From Minisyncoccia bacterium (GTDB lineage: Bacteria; Patescibacteriota; Minisyncoccia; Phycocordibacterales; UBA6065), in assembly GCA_044233485.1 (NCBI GenBank), contig JBIIJY010000002.1:8047-72046 (forward strand): a stretch of DNA of 64,000 bases, given 5' to 3'. The position numbers were made by a program, and so were the translations under genes. Positions 57,446 through 64,000 of this stretch are shown here, one piece after another. A model generated the notes under the pieces. It had not been told where the DNA came from and did no database searches. It saw only the letters and a program-made list of their open reading frames with translations. Each line of letters opens with the position of its first letter. Position 1 is the stretch's first letter.

Positions 57446-58075
57446 ATGAAAAACTTTTGTTATCAAGTAGTGAATATGCTCAAAATACTCGCTCTACGAA
57501 TTTTTTTTGATCATGAGGCGCGAGAACTTACGTTACATAGTGAAACTGGCTGGACACCGATCAGCCGGACGATTCAGGTCTGGGTGTATGGAGCATATCG
57601 TGACGAGCGAAATCTTGATCTGCTTCAGAGACTCAAGTACACGCACGACGTAGCCGCACAGGAGTTTTGCGCCAACCTGATAGCTAATTTCGTCAAGACG
57701 CAGTATCAAGTACCACCTTTGTGCATCGGAGTCCCTCAGAGTACACACCGAAAACTCTGGCGAGGATATGATCATATTGGTGAACTTGTCGCACTGCTTG
57801 CGACTCAAGGGAGAGTAATATCCTTATCGAAATCTCATCCATTTATACATAATTCATCCGCACCAACACAGTCTTCCCTACAGAGAAAAGAGCGCTTCGC
57901 AAACGCTCAAAGCGCTTTCTCATTGTCTCCAGACTTTGACCCAAACGATATTACAGGAAGAGAAGTACTCCTTATTGACGATATCGTAACCACTGGCGCC
58001 ACCCTCGCCTATCTTCAAGAGCTCTTGTACTCATGTGGTGCAAAGCGTGTCGTCGCCTTGGCAATTTTGGGATAG
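57446..58075 (+). CDS. ComF-like phosphoribosyltransferase-fold protein
   Basis: LKY, RGYDH, VLLIDDIVTTGATL; no N-terminal Zn finger; divergent from pilM. Confidence 0.82.
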   Translation: MKNFCYQVVNMLKILALRIFFDHEARELTLHSETGWTPISRTIQVWVYGAYRDERNLDLLQRLKYTHDVAAQEFCANLIANFVKTQYQVPPLCIGVPQSTHRKLWRGYDHIGELVALLATQGRVISLSKSHPFIHNSSAPTQSSLQRKERFANAQSAFSLSPDFDPNDITGREVLLIDDIVTTGATLAYLQELLYSCGAKRVVALAILG

Positions 58076-58099
58076 AAACACTTGTCTCATCTATACATC

Positions 58100-58334
58100 C
58101 ATGAAAGCTCCGCCTTTCAAATCCAGGCAAAAGCAAAGCAGTTTGCTTTTGCTTCTTTTACTTGAGGTTATTTCGTGTTGCGGGGGCTGGATTTGGTCAC
58201 AAGTTTTCTCGACTCGTCAGTCTCGAAACTCGCGACCCCGGCTCGCTCATTCGCGCAACGCTCATGAAAGCTCCGCCTTTCAAATCCACATAGAAGCAAA
58301 GAAGTTTGCTTCTATTTATCGACAATCATACGTG

Positions 58335-58352
<18 letters not shown>
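58100..58352. repeat. Tandem ~160-bp unit downstream of tRNA-fMet including a duplicated tRNA 3' end
   Basis: CATGAAAGCTCCGCCTTTCAAATCCA at 58100-58125 and 58263-58288; CGTGTTGCGGGGGCTGGATTTG at 58174-58195 and 58331-58352; AAGCAAA...TTTGCTT hairpins in both units. Confidence 0.88.
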
Positions 58353-58406
<54 letters not shown>

Positions 58407-58466
58407 ATATGTTTTTATATTACAACAGACTTATCTAATACGCAAATCGACGTATTATCCAGGACG

Positions 58467-59057
58467 TTATATTTTCGGCAGAAAATTAAACTCATCGAAC
58501 ACTCGACGGTATCGAGCGATCACTTCTCGTGCTTCGTATTCAGAAATCACAAACTCTGCACCATCGTGGGCAATACGGTTTCGCACCTTGTGCGCTTCCC
58601 ACGCATCATCAAGAGTGCGCATGTCCCCCGGATTGACTTTCTTGAGCTTGTCACCGATTGAGATTCCCTGATACCCGAGATAATCAAGTAAATCCTCAAG
58701 AAGAATATCCGCTTCAAGAATAGCAAGACGCCAATCCGAAGCATTAAGCGAGTGAATATGCTCCTCAACACGGAGCCATCGCTTTGTCTTGGCATCAGCT
58801 TTGTCGAGAATTGTCGCAGCGCGTACCTGTGTCGCTAGACGAAGGGCAATTTTGTCTGCACTTCGTGCGGTCTGCATGCGCACGTACACAAGCACTCCAA
58901 GGAGTACCAGAGCTGCGACGTACAGGCCTGGTCGTATAGTACCTATAAATGAGAGGACGGCATTGATAAGAGCAATCCAATCGATCGCACCTAAAATGCG
59001 ACCAATGTTGGTGATGATGTACTCGATATTGAGTGAAGGAGCATTGACCAAATCCAT
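58467..59057 (-). CDS. Conserved hypothetical membrane protein
   Basis: TM; WRLAILEADILL...GDKLK...AWEAHKVRNRIAH (HEPN-like RxxxxH). Confidence 0.8.
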   Translation of the reverse strand: MDLVNAPSLNIEYIITNIGRILGAIDWIALINAVLSFIGTIRPGLYVAALVLLGVLVYVRMQTARSADKIALRLATQVRAATILDKADAKTKRWLRVEEHIHSLNASDWRLAILEADILLEDLLDYLGYQGISIGDKLKKVNPGDMRTLDDAWEAHKVRNRIAHDGAEFVISEYEAREVIARYRRVFDEFNFLPKI

Positions 59058-59075
59058 ACTCCCTATTGTACCCTG

Positions 59076-60509
59076 TTACGCAAGAGCTTCAAGGTCGGTA
59101 CCGAGGGTAAAGAGGATATCTTCTCGAGCGAAGTCAGACATGCACTGAATACCGAGTGGGAGTTTTACCCCATCAACCTCGAGTACTCCAGAGGGAACAG
59201 AGAGTGCTGGAATCCCCACGATGTTTGCCGTCACGGTAAAAATGTCTGCGAGATACATCGAGAGTGGGTCATGTGATTTTTCTCCGATCTTGAAAGCAGG
59301 GACTGGTGAGGTCGGTGTCAGGATGCAATCCACCTGGCGAAAAGCGTTCGTAAATTCTTCTCGAATCTTTTCTCGAGCCTGCAGCGCTTTGCCGTAGTAG
59401 GCATCGTAGTAACCACTCGAGAGTACATATGTCCCTAGAAGAATTCGTCGACGCACCTCAGCACCGAACCCCTGACCTCGTGAGTTCAAATACTCATCGA
59501 GCAAGTTTACACCTGGCACATGAAGTCCGTAGCGCACACCATCGAAACGAGCGAGGTTAGAAGAAACTTCAGCCGGCATCACAATATAGTACACAGCGAG
59601 TGCGTACTGCACCGAAGCGAGGGAGATCGGTTGTACCTGGTACCCTTTTTCTTCGAGTCGAGATATTGTCTCTTCGAAATTTTTAAGCACCCCAGCATCG
59701 ACTCCCTTGGTGCGGACGAAGTCCCACGGCACCCCGATTACTGGCTTCCCCTTTTGAGCTTTACGAGAATATTGCGTTGAATCAACCGAAGTGCTATCAA
59801 GTGGATCTTTAGCAGCGATAGCTTCATAGACAATCTGGGCGTCTCGAGTCGTCTTGGTGATTGGACCGATAACATCAAGTGAACTTGCCATTGCCATGAG
59901 GCCATGTCGCGAGACACTACCGTAGGTCGGCTTGAGTCCCACCACTCCACAGAAGCTGGCTGGCTGGCGTACTGAACCACCCGTATCAGAACCAAGGGCA
60001 ATCAAAGCGCCATTCATAGCGACCACCGCTGCCGAACCACCAGAAGAACCACCCGCGACTCGAGATGTGTCGTGCGGATTTTTCGTCACTCCGAACGCCG
60101 AGTTCTCAGTCGATCCACCCATCGCAAACTCATCCATATTTGTTCGACCAATGAAGACAACTCCCTGTTCCTTGAGTTTAGCAATCGCCGTCGCGTCGTA
60201 GGGAGCGACGTAGTTTTCAAGCATTTTCGATGAAGCACTTGAGATCTTTCCAGTGATCAGAATATTATCTTTAACTGCACAGGGAATACCAGTGAGTAGC
60301 GTAGCGGTCTTTGTATCAAAACGCTCCTGTGCTATGCGTGCTTGTTCCTCGATATCAGAAAATAATTCGAGATAGCCGTTTATTTCTTTATTCTTCTTGA
60401 GACCCACCTCAAGATATGCCTGGGCAAGTTCGAGTACAGAATATTCGCGCGAGGCAAGGCTTGCATGTGCTTTTTCTATCGTCAGTGAGGCGAGGTCAAT
60501 ATGTTTCAT
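59076..60509 (-). CDS. gatA: Glu/Asp-tRNA amidotransferase subunit A
   Basis: VKDNI, NMDEFAMG, GGSSGGS, GSDTGGSVRQP, SSNLARFDG. Confidence 0.97.
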   Translation of the reverse strand: MKHIDLASLTIEKAHASLASREYSVLELAQAYLEVGLKKNKEINGYLELFSDIEEQARIAQERFDTKTATLLTGIPCAVKDNILITGKISSASSKMLENYVAPYDATAIAKLKEQGVVFIGRTNMDEFAMGGSTENSAFGVTKNPHDTSRVAGGSSGGSAAVVAMNGALIALGSDTGGSVRQPASFCGVVGLKPTYGSVSRHGLMAMASSLDVIGPITKTTRDAQIVYEAIAAKDPLDSTSVDSTQYSRKAQKGKPVIGVPWDFVRTKGVDAGVLKNFEETISRLEEKGYQVQPISLASVQYALAVYYIVMPAEVSSNLARFDGVRYGLHVPGVNLLDEYLNSRGQGFGAEVRRRILLGTYVLSSGYYDAYYGKALQAREKIREEFTNAFRQVDCILTPTSPVPAFKIGEKSHDPLSMYLADIFTVTANIVGIPALSVPSGVLEVDGVKLPLGIQCMSDFAREDILFTLGTDLEALA

Positions 60510-60510
60510 A

Positions 60511-60795
60511 TTATAAAATCTTCTTTACCACTACATAGCCATCCTCACTTTCAGGAGCGAGCGAAAGAAGCTTTTCAGTGTAGACACCCGTCTGTGTTGT
60601 TGGCTCGTCCTGCCGGAGAGTGTTCACATTTACTCCAGTAAGCTGCTTCACCTCACCAGTAGCAATTTTAGTCACTTCTCCCACATACGCGAGAATGGCA
60701 TCCATCTCTTTGGTAAAGCGCTCCACCTCTTCAGGAGAAAGCTTGAGTCGAGCCAGTTTTGCAAGTTTTTCGGTGTCTGTATGAGTAATAGACAT
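60511..60795 (-). CDS. gatC: Glu/Asp-tRNA amidotransferase subunit C
   Basis: LAKLARL, NTLRQD, APESEDGY; directly upstream of gatA. Confidence 0.93.
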   Translation of the reverse strand: MSITHTDTEKLAKLARLKLSPEEVERFTKEMDAILAYVGEVTKIATGEVKQLTGVNVNTLRQDEPTTQTGVYTEKLLSLAPESEDGYVVVKKIL

Positions 60796-60834
60796 ATAGA
60801 AGTAAGTATACTGAAAAACCGCTTTGAATCTAGC

Positions 60835-62862
60835 CTATGAAGCCTTACCGAGTAATGCGAGAAATTCTGACTCACTGAGGATTGCAATGTTGAGCTTCTC
60901 TGCTTCTCTTAGTTTTGAACCCGTCTCACTCCCCGCGACCACATAATCTGTCGCTTGCGAGACACTGCTCGCCACCTTGCCTCCAGCTTGCTTGATCGCC
61001 TGCTTCGCCTCGTCACGAGAAAGACTCTCGAGTGTACCCGTAAGTACAAACACCTTACCTGAAAATAGACCCTGCTTTGATGCGGCTATTTCTTGAATCA
61101 CCTGAATATGTGAGAGGAGGGCGTCCAATAGGTGCCTGTTCTTTGAGCTCGCGAACCAAGTCACAAGAGACTCTGCGACAACTGGCCCGATGCCATCAAT
61201 CGCAGACAATTCTTCTGCAGAAGCCTCCTGGAGTCGAGCAATCGTTTTAAAATTTTCTGCCAGGAGCGTAGCCGTCTCCTCTCCTACATGATCAATCGAG
61301 AGCGCCACAATGAGGCGATCAAGTGTGACTTTCCGACGAGCGTCGATACTCTCGATCACATTGCGCGCAGATTTTTCTCCAAAACGAGGTAGTGTTTCGA
61401 GGTCGCCTTGGGTCAGGGTAAATAAATCAGCCGGCGTACTGATCCGACCATGAGCAACGAGGGCGTCGATAATTTTTGGTCCACACCCTTCGATATTAAA
61501 AGCGTGCTTCGAGACAAAATGATACAGCCGACGCTTGTTGAGCTCAAACGAGTCTCGAACGACACAACGATACGCCGCCTGACCAGGCACACGCTCGATC
61601 CGCCCATCCCCACCACACCCGTCGACCGTTTCTGGAAAGACAAACGGTTGCGCGCCGTGTGGTCGTAATTCTTGCACCACCTCAACAATATCTGGAATCA
61701 CGTCTCCAGCCTTTTGTAAAATCACTGTATCACCCACCCTCACGTCGAGCCGGGCAATCTCGTCCTCATTATGAAGCGTAGCGCGCGACACTTTCGAGCC
61801 AGCTACCGTGACTGGACGGAGCTCAGCTACCGGAGTGATCACTCCCGTCCGACCGACTTGGAGGATGATGTCCGTCACTACGGTTGTCACTTTTTCGGCT
61901 GGCCATTTGAATGCAATACCAAATCGCGGTGCTTTACCGGTATATCCAAGTACTTCTTGAAGCTCTCGCTCATCGACTTTTACTACCACCCCATCCGCTT
62001 GATAGTTGGCTTGAGAAATTTTGTTTTGCCATTTTTTCCAATACGCGATCACCTCGGCAATATCAGCCTTGTGTTCATAGTGAGGGTTTACTTTGAATCC
62101 GAGTTGCTTGAGTAGGGCAAGCTCTTCGTGCTGTGTCTTTGGTAACTCTCCTTCGAAGGCTGCTAAGTCATACATAAAGGTATCAAGCCCTCGGAGCGCT
62201 ACTACTTTCGGATCAAGCTGACGGATGGAGCCCGCCGCCACGTTTCGAGGATTTGCATACAGCGCCTCACCATTTTTCTTCTGCAAGGCATTGAGCTCTT
62301 CGAATTGTTTTTTTCCAATGTATACCTCGCCTTCTACAATACAGTTCACTGGCAGGGTGAGAAGAAGTGGTACCGACTCGATTCGTTTGACGTTTTGAGT
62401 CACATCTTCCCCCACTTCACCATTACCTCGAGTTCCCGCAGAAAAAAGTACGCCATTGCGATATTCAAGGACGATTTTTAATCCATCTATTTTATGCTCA
62501 CAGGTATAGGTCGGCGCGCGCTCAATTCCCGCTTTAGTTAGGAAGTTACGCACTCGAGTATCAAAGTCACGAATATCATCTTCGGTGAAGGCATCGTTGA
62601 ATGACCACTGCCGTACCGTGTGGGTGATTTTTTTAAACTCTTCCAGCGGCTCACCGCCCACCCGCTGACTTGGTGAATCTGGTGTGACGAGGTCTGGATA
62701 AGCCACTTCGATATCAACAAGCTCTTTTTTGAGACTATCAAGAGCCTCTGGAGCAATTGTCTCGAGGTCGAGCACGTGATAGTCGTAACGATATTTTTCA
62801 ATCGCTTTCTTGAGTGCTTCAAGTCGTTTCGTCGCCTCACGTTTCGAATCCATAGACCTCAT
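60835..62862 (-). CDS. ligA: NAD-dependent DNA ligase
   Basis: EHKIDG, RGNGEVGEDVT, ANPRN, DGVVVK, QVGRTG, BRCT domain. Confidence 0.96.
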   Translation of the reverse strand: MRSMDSKREATKRLEALKKAIEKYRYDYHVLDLETIAPEALDSLKKELVDIEVAYPDLVTPDSPSQRVGGEPLEEFKKITHTVRQWSFNDAFTEDDIRDFDTRVRNFLTKAGIERAPTYTCEHKIDGLKIVLEYRNGVLFSAGTRGNGEVGEDVTQNVKRIESVPLLLTLPVNCIVEGEVYIGKKQFEELNALQKKNGEALYANPRNVAAGSIRQLDPKVVALRGLDTFMYDLAAFEGELPKTQHEELALLKQLGFKVNPHYEHKADIAEVIAYWKKWQNKISQANYQADGVVVKVDERELQEVLGYTGKAPRFGIAFKWPAEKVTTVVTDIILQVGRTGVITPVAELRPVTVAGSKVSRATLHNEDEIARLDVRVGDTVILQKAGDVIPDIVEVVQELRPHGAQPFVFPETVDGCGGDGRIERVPGQAAYRCVVRDSFELNKRRLYHFVSKHAFNIEGCGPKIIDALVAHGRISTPADLFTLTQGDLETLPRFGEKSARNVIESIDARRKVTLDRLIVALSIDHVGEETATLLAENFKTIARLQEASAEELSAIDGIGPVVAESLVTWFASSKNRHLLDALLSHIQVIQEIAASKQGLFSGKVFVLTGTLESLSRDEAKQAIKQAGGKVASSVSQATDYVVAGSETGSKLREAEKLNIAILSESEFLALLGKAS

Positions 62863-62892
62863 ACTAACAAACCTCGGCTGTTTACTCTAGCG

Positions 62893-63708
62893 CTAATATG
62901 CGAGGGCGCTGTAGCCAGCGGTGGTGCAGACAGAAGAATTCTGAAGCCCTGAGACAATTGTAATCTGCCCAGACTGACTGACTTGGAGCACACGCACCTT
63001 GGTAAGATCATCTTGATTAGCGAGACAGATACGCGCAGTAGCATACGATGTATTATTGTAACGTGAACTTAAAGTGAAGCTCGGACTTGACCCTCCGAGG
63101 CTGGCAACGTATATATTTGCCTTTGTAGAGGGACGTAAGTATGAAACATAGAGACCACTAGTACCAAAAGACGTATCGCAGGTGGTCACGTTTGTTGTAC
63201 TGACCACACACCAGTTATTCACTACGATTCCCGGAGGGAGGTTTGTGACCTTGTCGAGAATGAGTTCGTAGTTTGCACCATTATTTACTGGAGTGTTTAT
63301 GTTATGGAAACAGTCATTACAAACACCATCGGTAGCATACACATCTAAAGTATTTATATCTCCTAGAGCAGGAGATATCGAGAGTCGGAAATCGTAGAAA
63401 GGTAGTGTTTTTGACTGCTTAAATCCAGTAAAATTTATAAAAGCTAGTCCTCTCCCGGCTGTGTTTGCAGTTATCTGAAAAGCTGAACCTCCAGTTACTA
63501 CATACTTTTCAGTAGTTACATTTACTGCCTCAAACTGCGACTGCCGAAACTGTAGTGCTAGGTCGTAGACCGCATTAGACAGTTGTACTGAGGCATTAAA
63601 AGAAGCGTGGCGGAAAACGACCACAGTGGTGATGAGCACGAAAATTGCAATCGAGACAAGCATTTCAACCAAGGTAAATCCTTTTATTTCGGAAACAGTA
63701 AATCTCAT
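62893..63708 (-). CDS. Prepilin-type (minor pilin/FimT-like) protein
   Basis: KG|FTLVEMLVSIAIFVLI; start trimmed to MRFTVS. Confidence 0.85.
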   Translation of the reverse strand: MRFTVSEIKGFTLVEMLVSIAIFVLITTVVVFRHASFNASVQLSNAVYDLALQFRQSQFEAVNVTTEKYVVTGGSAFQITANTAGRGLAFINFTGFKQSKTLPFYDFRLSISPALGDINTLDVYATDGVCNDCFHNINTPVNNGANYELILDKVTNLPPGIVVNNWCVVSTTNVTTCDTSFGTSGLYVSYLRPSTKANIYVASLGGSSPSFTLSSRYNNTSYATARICLANQDDLTKVRVLQVSQSGQITIVSGLQNSSVCTTAGYSALAY

Positions 63709-63803
63709 ACATTGAAGTATATCGCATTTACTGAACAACAATTATGTTTCTGGTAACAAAAAAGCCGGCCTTCGTGAGAAGACCGGCCTGAATTTCGAAC
63801 ACT

Positions 63804-63998
63804 TCACTTGAAGTAATAACCGGATCCCCAGAAGGGAGTAACCGGATCATTCCAGTGGAGCGTTGAGAGCATGAGGAAACTGTTACTATCGGTGCCATAC
63901 CCTGGAGGGTAGATGACTCGGCCGACTGGAACAGTTCCATCAGCTGAATCAGTGCGACCACTACCTGGAGGCTCAGAGAGTGATTCCCCAGCCCAGTA
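63804..63998 (-). CDS. C-terminal end of an unknown protein (partial)
   Basis: Open frame ...YWAGESLSEPPGSG...PFWGSGYYFK* followed by a terminator-like hairpin at about 63758-63788. Confidence 0.4.
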   Translation of the reverse strand, partial: YWAGESLSEPPGSGRTDSADGTVPVGRVIYPPGYGTDSNSFLMLSTLHWNDPVTPFWGSGYYFK

Positions 63999-64000
63999 GA

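Overview
Chromosomal segment of a small-genome bacterium, most likely Patescibacteria/CPR (Parcubacteria-like). This is an inference from the shortened RF2, the LeuRS carrying NUDIX/HAD insertions, the pilM-N-O-x-B-RR-T-C operon, multiple pilins, large peptidoglycan-binding surface proteins and no biosynthetic pathways. Core genes: ftsE (partial), prfB, gyrB, thrS, mnmA, mltG, leuS, trmD-khpA-rpsP, ftsZ, trxB, tlyA, tsaD, corA, cysS, lepA, rplY, gatAC, ligA. The most interesting signals are non-coding. (1) tRNA-Thr(GGT) is split by a 233-nt group I intron after the anticodon. (2) A thrS T-box with an apparently ultrashort Stem I has an ACC specifier and UGGA bulge that match that intron-containing tRNA. 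(3) A stand-alone small RNA with its own promoter and terminator carries a 20-nt exact copy of a conserved 23S rRNA segment. (4) A second structured RNA lies upstream of tRNA-Thr(CGT). (5) A covarying structured element recurs downstream of three different tRNA genes. At tRNA-Glu it is interleaved with duplicated tRNA 3' ends, recombinase-tail remnants and single low-GC cargo genes, like a tRNA-anchored cassette array. Leaderless gene architecture is pervasive. All calls were made by eye; no database searches were run.
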